Source: Gammaproteobacteria bacterium
GTDB taxonomy: Bacteria > Pseudomonadota > Gammaproteobacteria > Chromatiales > Chromatiaceae
NCBI GenBank assembly: GCA_011390365.1
Contig: JAABSM010000010.1
Coordinates: forward strand, 2,714 to 66,713
Direction of reading: 5' to 3'
Length of the DNA: 64,000 nt
The notes under the pieces are model-generated. The model was not told the DNA's origin. It ran no database searches and was given only the letters and a program-made list of their open reading frames with translations. Below are positions 1-9,073 of this stretch, one piece after another. Position numbers and translations under genes: made by a program. Position 1 is the first letter of the stretch. Each line of letters begins with the position of its first letter.

Positions 1-2221
1 TCGCCATCGCCTCGCCTTTGTAGGAGCCCTCACCCCCGGCCCCTCTCCCAGAGGGAGAGGGGAGTGTAAGCCCCTCTCCCCGAGGGAGAGGGGTTTGGGG
101 TGAGGGCTCGGACCCAGGCATGGGCCCATAATCACTCAATGTCACCGCCAGATCGGCGACGGGGACCTGCCAGGGTCCCACCATCTGATCCCGCGCCACC
201 ATGCCGGTGATGGAGCGGTCGCCGATGCTGATGAGGAAGGTCTTGTTGGCCACGGTGGGCAGGCGCAGCACGCGCAGCAGCGCTTCCTGGGGGGTAACAC
301 CCGCCAGATCGAGCTCCGGGGCCTGGAAGGGGCGGTGTTCGGTCTCCCGGGTCATCTTCGGCGGTTTGCCGAAGAGCAGCGGCATGGGCAGGTCGATGGG
401 ACGATTGTCGAAGTGGCGGTCTTCCAGGGTCAGGTGCTCTTCATCGCTGGCCACGCCAACCACCGCATAGGGGCAGCGCTCCCGCTCACAGATCGCCTTG
501 AACTCGTCGAGGCGGGCGGCGTCTATGGCCATCACGTAGCGCTCCTGGGCCTCGTTGCACCAGATCTCCATGGGCGACATGCCCGGTTCGTCGTTGGGCA
601 CGTCGCGCAGCTGGAACTGGCCGCCGCGACCGGCGTCATGCACCAGCTCCGGCAGGGCGTTGGAGAGGCCTCCCGCGCCCACGTCGTGAATGAACAGGAT
701 CGGGTTGTCATCGCCGCGCATCCAGCAGCGGTCGATCACCTCCTGACAGCGGCGCTCCATCTCCGGGTTGGCCCGCTGCACCGAGGCGAAGTCGAGATCC
801 TCGGCGGATGCGCCGCTGGCCATGGAGGAGGCCGCGCCGCCGCCGAGGCCGATGAGCATCGCCGGTCCGCCCAGCACCACCAGGGGCGAGCCGGCGGGGA
901 AGGCGCCTTTCTCGATGTGCTCGCGGCGAATGCTACCGAGACCGCCAGCGAGCATGATCGGCTTGTGGTAGCCGCGCAGCTCGTCGCCCTCCGGGCCGGG
1001 CACTGTCTCCTCGTAGCCGCGGAAGTAGCCGCACAGATTGGGGCGACCGAATTCGTTGTTAAAGGAGGCCCCGCCGATGGGGCCTTCGAGCATGATGTCG
1101 AGGGCCGAGGCGATGCGTCCCGGCTTGCCATGGTCCGTCTCCCAGGGCTGCGCCAGACCCGGGATGCGCAGGTTGGAAACAGAGAAGCCGGTGAGCCCCG
1201 CCTTGGGCTTGGAGCCCCGCCCGGTCGCCCCCTCGTCACGGATCTCGCCGCCGGCGCCGGTGGCCGCGCCAGGGTCCGGCGAGATGGCGGTGGGGTGGTT
1301 GTGGGTCTCCACCTTCATCAGGATGTCGATCGCCTCCCGATGGGGGCGATAGATCCCGTCCGCGGGATCGGGGAAGAAGCGTCCGCCCTGATGACCGCTG
1401 ATCACCGCCGCATTGTCCTTGTAGGCGGAGAGCACGTCCGTCGGGGATCGGTCGGTGGTGTTGCGAATCATCTGGAACAGCGAATGGGTTTGCTTTTCGC
1501 CGTCGATGATCCAGTCGGCGTTGAAGATCTTGTGGCGGCAATGCTCCGAGTTGGCCTGGGCGAACATCATCAGCTCCACGTCGCTGGGGTTGCGCCCCAA
1601 GGCCTGGAAGTTCTCCACCAGATAGTCGATTTCGTCATCCGATAGCGCCAGCCCCAGTTCGCCGTTGGCCTTCACCAGCGCCGCGCGCCCGCCGTTGATT
1701 ACGTCCACTTGGGTAAAGGGCTTGGGCTGGTGGTGGTTGAACAGCGCCTCGGCCTGGTTGAGGTCGGTGAAGACGGACTGGGTCATGCGGTCATGCAGCA
1801 GCGCGGCGACCTGGGTCAGTTCCGCTTCCGAAAAACCCCCTCTCCCCGAGGGAGAGGGGTTGGGGTGTGGGCTCCTCGGCGTCAGGTAGTAGGCGATGCC
1901 GCGCTCAATACGCTCGATTTGGGCAAGCCCGCAGTTGTGGGCGATGTCCGTCGCCTTGCTGGACCAGGGCGAGAGGGTGCCGGGGCGGGGCGTCACCAGC
2001 AGCAACTCTCCCTCGGGCTCGAAGCCGGCGTACCTGGGGCCGTACTGCAACAGCCGCTTAAGCACCGCCATTTCGTCTTCATTCAGCGCCTCATGCAGCT
2101 CGGCGAAGTGCATGAACTCCGCATGCAGCTCGACCTCTCGTCCGAGGGTTTGCTGGATACGCTGTTGCAGTTTGCCGTTGCGAAAGTCGGAGAGGGCCGG
2201 AGCGCCGCGAAGTGAGAGCAT
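1..2221 (-). CDS. purL: phosphoribosylformylglycinamidine (FGAM) synthase, large single-chain form; N-terminal ~740 codons, 3' end beyond window
   Basis: Minus-strand frame is open from ATG at 2221 to position 1. It is absent from the ORF track because there is no stop in the window. Translation [22 protein letters not shown]...[20 protein letters not shown]...[13 protein letters not shown]...[13 protein letters not shown]...[14 protein letters not shown] is colinear with E. coli PurL as I recall it. Confidence 0.92.
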   Translation of the reverse strand, partial: MLSLRGAPALSDFRNGKLQQRIQQTLGREVELHAEFMHFAELHEALNEDEMAVLKRLLQYGPRYAGFEPEGELLLVTPRPGTLSPWSSKATDIAHNCGLAQIERIERGIAYYLTPRSPHPNPSPSGRGGFSEAELTQVAALLHDRMTQSVFTDLNQAEALFNHHQPKPFTQVDVINGGRAALVKANGELGLALSDDEIDYLVENFQALGRNPSDVELMMFAQANSEHCRHKIFNADWIIDGEKQTHSLFQMIRNTTDRSPTDVLSAYKDNAAVISGHQGGRFFPDPADGIYRPHREAIDILMKVETHNHPTAISPDPGAATGAGGEIRDEGATGRGSKPKAGLTGFSVSNLRIPGLAQPWETDHGKPGRIASALDIMLEGPIGGASFNNEFGRPNLCGYFRGYEETVPGPEGDELRGYHKPIMLAGGLGSIRREHIEKGAFPAGSPLVVLGGPAMLIGLGGGAASSMASGASAEDLDFASVQRANPEMERRCQEVIDRCWMRGDDNPILFIHDVGAGGLSNALPELVHDAGRGGQFQLRDVPNDEPGMSPMEIWCNEAQERYVMAIDAARLDEFKAICERERCPYAVVGVASDEEHLTLEDRHFDNRPIDLPMPLLFGKPPKMTRETEHRPFQAPELDLAGVTPQEALLRVLRLPTVANKTFLISIGDRSITGMVARDQMVGPWQVPVADLAVTLSDYGPMPGSEPSPQTPLPRGEGLTLPSPSGRGAGGEGSYKGEAMA
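26..109. repeat. two head-to-head copies of a ~36-nt REP-like palindromic unit (CCCCTCTCCC-N3/4-GGGAGAGGGG plus GGGGTGAGGGC arm), inside purL coding sequence
   Basis: Read directly: gccctcacccccggCCCCTCTCCCagagGGAGAGGGGagtgtaagCCCCTCTCCCCgagGGAGAGGGGtttggggtgagggc. Outer arms gccctcacccc/ggggtgagggc are also complementary. Confidence 0.85.
1837..1872. repeat. single copy of the same REP-like unit, also inside purL
   Basis: ccccctctccccgagggagaggggttggggtgtgggc; same core palindrome and GGGGTGNGGGC arm as at 71-109. Confidence 0.85.
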
Positions 2222-2319
2222 CGTTCACCTGTTACTAAGCTGGGTCTTAAAGCCCCTTATGATACTGCAACAGGGGACGTTTTGCCTCTGGTTCACGGGG
2301 CCTGGAGTTGAAGAAGAAC

Positions 2320-2355
2320 GGACAGGATGGACGGGATTTTCAGGATGAACGGGAG
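2320..2355 (+). repeat. array of four 9-nt units (GGACAGGAT GGACGGGAT TTTCAGGAT GAACGGGAG)
   Basis: Strict 9-nt phase NNRCRGGAT. The same family occurs at 11872-11907, 20468-20503 and, inverted, at 20594-20629. Confidence 0.8.
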
Positions 2356-2498
2356 GGAAGCCAGGCCGCAAGAGCACGGGAGCGGGACCAAGCGTCAGGC
2401 TGATGGGCGGGCTTTCGTCTTGGCTTGCAGGGTGCTTCGCGGTACTCTTGCGGCCATCAGAATTTTTCAGCGATCAGGGCAGGCAGACAGGGTGGGGG

Positions 2499-3215
2499 AT
2501 GTTGGATGATGCGTTGTTTGGGCTGACCGGGATGTGGGTACGGATCGTCCCGTTGGCGGTGGTTACGGTGTTGCTTGTGGTTTTGTACCTCAGGCGTCGC
2601 CAGGGCCGACAGCTCGCCTTCATCCAATCCTACGAATTTCACCCCACCCTCAAACGCAAGGTGAAGGAGCGTTACCCCCATCTCGATGCCCAGGATGTCG
2701 AGTCGGTATTTGTCGCGTTGCGGGACTACTTCACCCTCTGCAATCGGGCGCGCCGGCGCATGGTCGCCATGCCCTCACAGGTGGTGGATGTGGCGTGGCA
2801 CGAGTTCATCCTCTTCACCCGCGCCTATGAATCCTTCAGTCGCAAGGCGGTGGGGCGTTTCCTGCATCATACCCCCACCGAGGCCATGCCCTCGCCGACC
2901 CTGGCCCAGGAGGGGATCAAGCGGGCCTGGCGTCTGGCCTGCGCCAACGAGCGGATCGATCCGAAGGCACCCAAGCGTTTGCCGCGCATCTTCTCCATCG
3001 ACACCCGCCTGGCCATTCCCGATGGCTTCAGATACTCCCTGGATTGTCGGGATCGGGCGTCACCCAATTACGGCAGCGGCTACTGTGCCGGGCATATCGG
3101 TTGTGCGTCGGGGTGTTTCGGCGACTCCGGAGCGCCGTCCGACACGGGATCCGGCGGTTGGTTCGACGGTTTCGGCTGTGGCGGGGATTCCGGCGGCGGA
3201 TGCGGCGGCGACTGA
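2499..3215 (+). CDS. membrane protein with GRDP/DUF1399-like domain and Cys/Gly-rich C-terminal tail
   Basis: ORF 2403..3215. TM helix VRIVPLAVVTVLLVVLYL, then VDVAWHEFILFTRAYESF (the D-x-x-WH-x-x-x-L-x-T-x-x-Y signature I associate with glycine-rich-domain proteins). Tail is ...GYCAGHIGCASGCFGDSG...GCGGDSGGGCGGD. Start is uncertain (2403 or 2499). Confidence 0.6.
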   Translation: MLDDALFGLTGMWVRIVPLAVVTVLLVVLYLRRRQGRQLAFIQSYEFHPTLKRKVKERYPHLDAQDVESVFVALRDYFTLCNRARRRMVAMPSQVVDVAWHEFILFTRAYESFSRKAVGRFLHHTPTEAMPSPTLAQEGIKRAWRLACANERIDPKAPKRLPRIFSIDTRLAIPDGFRYSLDCRDRASPNYGSGYCAGHIGCASGCFGDSGAPSDTGSGGWFDGFGCGGDSGGGCGGD

Positions 3216-3289
3216 GGGCGGCGATAAGCCAGCCTCCGCTTTTGCGTCCGGAACTGCTCTTTTTTACTCGATCCGGTACAATACCCGCC

Positions 3290-5458
3290 ATGCAAGACGA
3301 CGTATCCGAAATTCTCGAAGGCCTCAACGAGGCCCAGCGCGAGGCGGTGGCGGCCCCGGCCGGCGGCGCCCTGGTTTTGGCCGGGGCCGGCAGCGGCAAG
3401 ACCCGGGTGCTGGTGCATCGCATCGCCTGGCTGATCGCGGTGGAGGGGGCCTCGCCCTGGAACATCCTCGCCGTCACCTTTACCAACAAGGCGGCGCGGG
3501 AGATGCGCCAGCGCATCGAGCTGCTGCTCGACGCCCCGGTGGGCGGCATGTGGGTGGGCACCTTTCACGGCCTCGCCCACCGCTTTCTGCGCGCCCACTG
3601 GGAGGACGCCAAGCTGCCCCAGAACTTTCAGGTGATGGACTCCGACGACCAGTTCCGGCTGCTCAAGCGCATCACCAAGGCGCTGGAGCTGGACGAGGCG
3701 CGCTGGCCGTCGCGCCAGTCCCAATGGTTCATCAACGCCCGCAAGGACGAAGGGCTGCGCGTCGCCCATATCGACCCGGGGGGCGACTTCCACAAGGAGA
3801 CCATGCTGCGGGTCTACGCCGAGTACGAAAAGGCCTGCCAGCGCGGCGGCCTGGTGGATTTCGCCGAACTGCTGCTGCGCACCCATGAAACCCTGCGCGA
3901 GCGGGCCGACATCCTGGAGCACTATCGCCAGCGCTTTCCCCATATCCTCGTCGACGAGTTTCAGGATACCAACGATATCCAGTACGCCTGGCTGCGGCTG
4001 CTCGCCGGGGCGGACTCCCGCATCTTCGCGGTGGGCGACGACGATCAGTCCATCTACGGCTGGCGCGGGGCCAAGGTGGAGAACATCCGCGACTTCCAGA
4101 AGCACTATCCCGCCGCCCCGCTGATCCGCCTGGAGCAGAACTACCGCTCCAGCGGCAACATCCTGGAGGCGGCCAACAGCCTCATCGCCAACAACCCCTC
4201 GCGTCTCGGCAAGAACCTCTGGACCGACGACGGCAAAGGCGAGCTAATCGGCCTCTACGCCGCCTTCGACGAGATGGACGAGGCCCGCTTCGTCATCGAA
4301 CGCATCAAGGCCCACGTCGATGAGGGGGGGCGGCGCAGCGAGGCGGCGATCCTCTACCGCTCCAACGCCCAGTCCCGCCAGTTCGAGGAGCGGCTGATCC
4401 AGGCCGGCATCCCCTACCGGGTCTACGGCGGGCTGCGCTTCTTCGAGCGCGCCGAGATCAAGGACGCCCTGGCCTACCTGCGCCTGCTCGCCAATCGCGA
4501 TGATGACGGCGCCTTCGAACGGGCGGTCAACCAACCGCCCCGGGGCATTGGCGCCAAGACCCTGGATCAGCTGCGCGCCCGTGCCCGCGCCGAAGACCTG
4601 CCCATGTGGCGCGCTGCCAAGTTGCTATTGGAAAACGCCGAACTGCCCAAGCGCGCCGCCACCGCCCTGCAAGGTTTTCTCGACCTGATCGACGAACAGC
4701 GGGAGGTGATCGCCCAGATGGAGCTCTTTGAGGCGGCGGACCACCTCATCGGCCTGGTCGGCCTGCCGGAACACTTCCAGAAGAGTAAGGACGGCAAGGG
4801 CCAGGACCGCATCGAAAACCTGGCGGAGCTGGTCAACGCCATCCGCCAGTTCGAACACGAGGACCTCAGCGAAGAGATGGACCAGCTCTCTTCCTTCCTC
4901 GCCCACGCCGCGCTGGAGGCGGGCGAGACCCAAGCCGGCCCCGATGAGGACTGCGTCCAGCTGATGACCCTCCACTCCGCCAAGGGGCTGGAGTTCCCGT
5001 TGGTCTTCATCGGCGGCGTCGAGGAGGGATTGTTTCCTCACTCGATGTCCATCGAAGATCCGGACCGGCTCGAAGAGGAGCGCCGCCTCTGCTACGTCGG
5101 CATGACCCGCGCCATGCGCAAGCTCTACCTCTGCCACGCCGAGGTGCGCCGCCTGCGCGGCCAGGAGGAGTACGCCATCCCCTCCCGCTTCCTGCGCGAG
5201 ATCCCGGCGCAACTCATCGACGAGGTTCGCGGCGGCTCGCCCAGGATCTCGCAACCGGTCTACGGCGCCCGCACCGACCTCCCCGACCAGGCCGGCGGCG
5301 GCTTCAGTCTCGGCCAGCGCGTCAGCCACCCCAAATTCGGTGAAGGGGTTGTGATCAACGCCGAAGGACGGGGCGCGGGCGCGCGGGTGCAGGTCAACTT
5401 CGAAGCGGTGGGGGCGAAATGGCTGGTGCTCTCTTTCGCCAATTTGCAGGTGTTGTGA
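3290..5458 (+). CDS. uvrD: DNA helicase II (UvrD/Rep superfamily 1 helicase)
   Basis: MQDDVSEILEGLNEAQREAVAAPAGGALVLAGAGSGKTRVLVHRIAWL (Walker A), ILVDEFQDTN, VGDDDQSIYGWRGA, EQNYRS, LMTLHSAKGLEF, CYVGMTRA. The ORF opens at 3044, but the upstream part is Arg-rich junk overlapping the previous gene. Confidence 0.93.
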   Translation: MQDDVSEILEGLNEAQREAVAAPAGGALVLAGAGSGKTRVLVHRIAWLIAVEGASPWNILAVTFTNKAAREMRQRIELLLDAPVGGMWVGTFHGLAHRFLRAHWEDAKLPQNFQVMDSDDQFRLLKRITKALELDEARWPSRQSQWFINARKDEGLRVAHIDPGGDFHKETMLRVYAEYEKACQRGGLVDFAELLLRTHETLRERADILEHYRQRFPHILVDEFQDTNDIQYAWLRLLAGADSRIFAVGDDDQSIYGWRGAKVENIRDFQKHYPAAPLIRLEQNYRSSGNILEAANSLIANNPSRLGKNLWTDDGKGELIGLYAAFDEMDEARFVIERIKAHVDEGGRRSEAAILYRSNAQSRQFEERLIQAGIPYRVYGGLRFFERAEIKDALAYLRLLANRDDDGAFERAVNQPPRGIGAKTLDQLRARARAEDLPMWRAAKLLLENAELPKRAATALQGFLDLIDEQREVIAQMELFEAADHLIGLVGLPEHFQKSKDGKGQDRIENLAELVNAIRQFEHEDLSEEMDQLSSFLAHAALEAGETQAGPDEDCVQLMTLHSAKGLEFPLVFIGGVEEGLFPHSMSIEDPDRLEEERRLCYVGMTRAMRKLYLCHAEVRRLRGQEEYAIPSRFLREIPAQLIDEVRGGSPRISQPVYGARTDLPDQAGGGFSLGQRVSHPKFGEGVVINAEGRGAGARVQVNFEAVGAKWLVLSFANLQVL

Positions 5459-5562
5459 GTTCGTTTAAGAAAATTCACCACAGAGCGCACAGAGGCTTTT
5501 GAGGCGGAGTTGGCTCCGGCTCCCGAATATTGACGAGACCTCTCGTGTTGAACAAAACCACC

Positions 5563-6588
5563 ATGCCCTCAAACGCACTCGCACCCCTCGACCCCCAAAG
5601 CATCCAGCAACTGGACCAACGCGCCCAGCAGCTGAGCGAGGTACTGGTCAGCGGCGACCGGGACGGCCCCGCCTTCAATGAGCAACTCCGGGCGGTGGAG
5701 TACTTCGGCGGCGAGGCGATGCGTCGCGTCGCCGAAAGCACCAGTCGTACCGACCGCCGCCGCATGCAGACCAGCGAAGAGCGACTCGCGTCGGCCCTGG
5801 GAGAGCTGAAGGCCCAGGCGGAAGGCCTCGACCCCGCCGCTCGCGGCGACCTGCTCGCCCCCCGCAAGCTGTTCGGCCTCATTCCCATCGGCGGCAATCG
5901 CCTGGGGGAGTATTTCGCCGAATACCGCCAATCCCAGCGCTCCCTCAACGACGCCCTGCGCAGCCTCTACGACGCCGAGGATGATCTCCTCAAGGAGAAC
6001 ATCCACATCGAGCGGGAAAAGACCGCCCTGCGAGAGGCGGCGCGCCAGCTCCAGCAATATCTCCACATCGGCCAGGCCATGGACCAGCGCCTTGAAGTCC
6101 GACTCCCGGAACTGGACGCCAACGATCCCGCCCGCGCCGCCCAGCTGCGCGACCGCTTCCTCTTCCCGCTGCGCCAGCGCATCCAGGACCTGCAACGGCA
6201 ATGGCTGATCGCCAACCAGGCCTGGCTGGTGCTGGAGACCCTGCGCAACAACAACCGGGAGCTGATCCAGGGCATCCAGCGCGCCACCCGCACCACCGTC
6301 GCCGCCCTGCGTACCGCCGTGACCGCAGCCCAATCCCTCACCCGCCAGCAACTCATCCTCGACGAACTCGGCGAAACCCTCGCCCGCGCCGACCAGACCA
6401 CCCGCGCCGCCGCCCGAGAACTCGACACCGAATCTCAGAGGCTCAAGACCCGGGGAGAAGACGCCCAGCGTCAACTTGCCGGACTGCAACAGGCCTTTGG
6501 TGAGCTGCGGGGCGAACTCGCCCGGCTGGACCAGGGGCGGCGGCAGGGCGTGGCGCGGCTGGAAGAGGCCCAGTTCAAGCCGGACTAG
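5563..6588 (+). CDS. TelA-like toxic anion resistance family protein
   Basis: All-helical, coiled-coil-rich protein. ...RKLFGLIPIGGNRLGEYFAEYRQSQRSLNDALRSLYDAEDDLLKENIHIEREKTALREAARQLQQYLHIGQ matches the TelA-family pattern as I remember it. Start is TTG 5530 or ATG 5563. Confidence 0.65.
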   Translation: MPSNALAPLDPQSIQQLDQRAQQLSEVLVSGDRDGPAFNEQLRAVEYFGGEAMRRVAESTSRTDRRRMQTSEERLASALGELKAQAEGLDPAARGDLLAPRKLFGLIPIGGNRLGEYFAEYRQSQRSLNDALRSLYDAEDDLLKENIHIEREKTALREAARQLQQYLHIGQAMDQRLEVRLPELDANDPARAAQLRDRFLFPLRQRIQDLQRQWLIANQAWLVLETLRNNNRELIQGIQRATRTTVAALRTAVTAAQSLTRQQLILDELGETLARADQTTRAAARELDTESQRLKTRGEDAQRQLAGLQQAFGELRGELARLDQGRRQGVARLEEAQFKPD

Positions 6589-6630
6589 TGCAGCTGCGCC
6601 TAAGTAACGGCAACATCGGAGGTCAAGCCT

Positions 6631-6762
6631 TTAGGCGGGCTGTGCCCGAGAGGTTGTTTCCGATATTTCGGCGGCCAGATGCACAGCCACGCCGGGGTCG
6701 TCGTTGCATAGCCCCAGTTCGTTGTAGACGCCGCGGCCGTGGCGCATCACGTAGAGGTTCAC
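6631..6762 (-). pseudogene. possible relic of a histidine-phosphatase (phosphoglycerate-mutase-like) gene, first ~30 codons only
   Basis: Minus-strand reading gives VNLYVMRHGRGVYNELGLCNDDPGVAVHLAAE then an early stop. The LYxxRHG opening is the catalytic motif of the histidine phosphatase superfamily. Full-length members are ~200 aa. Confidence 0.3.
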
Positions 6763-6780
6763 CGGGTGCGGGCTCGCCGA

Positions 6781-7119
6781 TCAAAGATCCACGGGCAGAT
6801 AGAAGAAGACGAAACGTCCCTGCTCGATGTCCACCATCAAGGTCGCGCCGTGGTGGATGCCGTAATCCACATACCCCGGCGTGGCGCTGTCCTGGTGGCA
6901 CTCGCTGGCGTGTTGAGGGGATTCGAAATCCCGATCCCGGTCGTACCAGGAGAGCAGCATGAACTCCCCCAGCCGCTTCGTTGCGACTTCGTCCGCCAGT
7001 TTCATCGCCGCCCGATAATCCCCCGGGGCGGGGGAGGGGACGAGTTCGACCTGGGTGATCGCCGACAGATCCGGCGCGGTAGGCAGGGGGCAAAGGGGGT
7101 CGCCGGTTTTGTTGGTCAT
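6781..7119 (-). CDS. small hypothetical protein, translationally coupled to the upstream ABC exporter
   Basis: 112-aa ORF. Its ATG overlaps the stop of the ABC gene (ATGA at 7116-7119). No motif recognised. Confidence 0.5.
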   Translation of the reverse strand: MTNKTGDPLCPLPTAPDLSAITQVELVPSPAPGDYRAAMKLADEVATKRLGEFMLLSWYDRDRDFESPQHASECHQDSATPGYVDYGIHHGATLMVDIEQGRFVFFYLPVDL

Positions 7120-8951
7120 GGTTGGCTCAACTCCTGAGAGGGGACGTTTTCGCTTGATCCGCTCTTCTCCCGATCATCCAGCTGCAACCGCCACATCTCC
7201 GCGTAGCGACCATTGCGCGCCAGCAGTTCGGCATGGCTGCCCGATTCGACGATGCGGCCCTGATCCATCACCAGGATGCGCTGGGCGTCGACGATCGTGG
7301 AGAGGCGGTGGGCGATGACCAGGGTGGTGTGGTGGCGGGCGACCTCCTTCAGGGTTACCTGAATCGCCTGTTCGGTGCGGCTATCCAAAGAGGATGTCGC
7401 CTCGTCGAAGAGCAGGATCCTGGGCCGCTTGAGCATCGCGCGGGCGATGGCGATGCGCTGTTTTTCGCCGCCGGAGAGTTTGAGGCCGCGCTCGCCCACC
7501 AGCGTGTCGTACCCCTGGGGCAGGGATGCGATGAAGTCGTGGATGTGGGCCATTCTGGCCGCCGTCTCGATCTCCTCCCGGCGGGCCTCGGGGCGGCCAT
7601 ATTGCAGGTTGTAGAGAATGGTATCGTTGAACAGCACCGTGTCCTGGGGGACGATGCCGATGGCGGCGCGCAGGCTCTGCTGGGTGACCTCGCGCAGGTC
7701 CTGGCCGTCGATCCGAATGCATCCCTCGCTGACGTCGTAGAAGCGGAACAGCAGCCGGCCGAGGGTGGACTTGCCGGCGCCGCTCTGGCCGACGATGGCC
7801 ACCTTCTCGCCGGGCTCGACGGCGAAGTCGACGCCGTGCAGGATGGCGCGGTCCTCCTGGTAACTGAAGCTGACCTGCTCGAAGCGGATCGCGCCGCCGT
7901 TGACCTGGAGGCTTCTGGCGTCTTCTTTGTCCCGGATCTCCGGTTCCAGCTCCAGCAATTTGAAGATCAGGTCCATGTCGGCGAGGGCGTACTTGATCTG
8001 GCGGTAGACGATGCCGAGGAAGTTCAGCGGGATGAAGATCTGTAGCATGAAGGCGTTGACCAGCACCAGGTCGCCGATGCTCATGGAGCCTTCCACCACG
8101 CCGTTGGCGGCGTAGATCATGATGATGGTGACGCCGACGGCGATGATCGCCCCCTGACCGAAGTTGAGCAGCGACATGGAGGTCTGGGCCATCACCGAGG
8201 AGTTCTCCCAGCCGTCCAGGGTGCGGTCGTAGCGCTCCTGTTCCAGGCGTTCGTTGCCGAAGTACTTGACCGTCTCGTAGTTGATCAGGGCGTCGAAGGC
8301 CTGGTTGTTGGCGCTCGATTCCTGGCGGTTGGCCTCCAGCCGGTACTCCATGCGCCACTCGGTGATGGCGAAGGTGAAGGCGATGTAGACCGCCACCGTG
8401 CCGAAGGTGATGAGGGCGAAGTGGGGGTCGTAGTTGATCAGCAGGATCGCCGCCACCAGCGAGAACTCCACCAGCATCGGCAGGATGCTGAAGACCATGT
8501 AGTTGAGGATCGAGCTGACGCTGCGGGTGCCCCGCTCCAGGTCGCGGCTGATCGCGCCGGTGCGGCGCTCCAGGTGGTAGCGCAGGGAGAGGTTGTGGAG
8601 GTGGTGCATCACCCGCGTCGAGAGCCGGCGCATGGCGTGAAAGCGCACCCGCGCGAAGATCGCGTCGCGCAGTTCGTTGAAGGCGGAGCTGCTGAGCTTG
8701 AGCGCGCCATAGGCAAGCAGCAGGAACAGCGGTAGCATCAGCTGGGTCTTTTCCGCCTGCTCCAGGCCGTCGACGATCTCCTTGAGCACCACCGGCACGC
8801 CGACGTTGGCGCTCTTGGCCAGGATCAGGCTGATCAGGGCGAGCAGGGCGCGGCCGCGGTACTCCCACAGGAAGGGGACCATGCCCTTGATGTTCTGCCA
8901 ATCGCGGCGGTCGCGGTGGGGGCGGTCGTAGGTCTGGAAGTGGGGGGACAT
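7116..8951 (-). CDS. ABC transporter, fused permease/ATPase, Atm1/ABCB7/HMT1-like exporter
   Basis: 611 aa. N-terminal six-helix TMD, Walker A GQSGAGKST, signature LSGGEKQRIAIARA, Walker B ILLFDEATSSLD. The N-terminus (DWQNIKGMVPFLWEYR...) resembles bacterial Atm1-type exporters. Confidence 0.85.
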   Translation of the reverse strand: MSPHFQTYDRPHRDRRDWQNIKGMVPFLWEYRGRALLALISLILAKSANVGVPVVLKEIVDGLEQAEKTQLMLPLFLLLAYGALKLSSSAFNELRDAIFARVRFHAMRRLSTRVMHHLHNLSLRYHLERRTGAISRDLERGTRSVSSILNYMVFSILPMLVEFSLVAAILLINYDPHFALITFGTVAVYIAFTFAITEWRMEYRLEANRQESSANNQAFDALINYETVKYFGNERLEQERYDRTLDGWENSSVMAQTSMSLLNFGQGAIIAVGVTIIMIYAANGVVEGSMSIGDLVLVNAFMLQIFIPLNFLGIVYRQIKYALADMDLIFKLLELEPEIRDKEDARSLQVNGGAIRFEQVSFSYQEDRAILHGVDFAVEPGEKVAIVGQSGAGKSTLGRLLFRFYDVSEGCIRIDGQDLREVTQQSLRAAIGIVPQDTVLFNDTILYNLQYGRPEARREEIETAARMAHIHDFIASLPQGYDTLVGERGLKLSGGEKQRIAIARAMLKRPRILLFDEATSSLDSRTEQAIQVTLKEVARHHTTLVIAHRLSTIVDAQRILVMDQGRIVESGSHAELLARNGRYAEMWRLQLDDREKSGSSENVPSQELSQP

Positions 8952-9073
8952 GGCGTGCGCGGATGGAGATTATCCTGGACCTGGGGGGAGGATCGCCCGT
9001 CCTTGAAGGGCCGGCGATCCTGTCGCATGATGCTCCAGGGCGAGGGCCGTGACGGGGCCTCGGCTGGGGACGA

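Noticed and set aside
335-1645. 436-aa plus-strand ORF (and neighbours 736..1239, 1709..2215)
   Set aside because: It lies antisense to or out of frame with purL, whose translation is unmistakable. The composition (Ala/Gly/Arg/Val-rich, no motifs) is typical of shadow ORFs in high-GC DNA.
2320-2355. Nonamer repeat arrays (both families) considered as CRISPR or minisatellite loci
   Set aside because: The units are 9 nt with no spacers and only 3-4 copies per site, and no cas genes are present. They are REP-like arrays, not CRISPR.
7381-8901. 506-aa minus-strand ORF in an alternative frame of the ABC exporter (similarly 59169..60389 within ampG and 52971..54083 within the MscS gene)
   Set aside because: Same-strand alternative frames with extreme Arg/Pro/Gly content. 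The annotated frames carry the family motifs.
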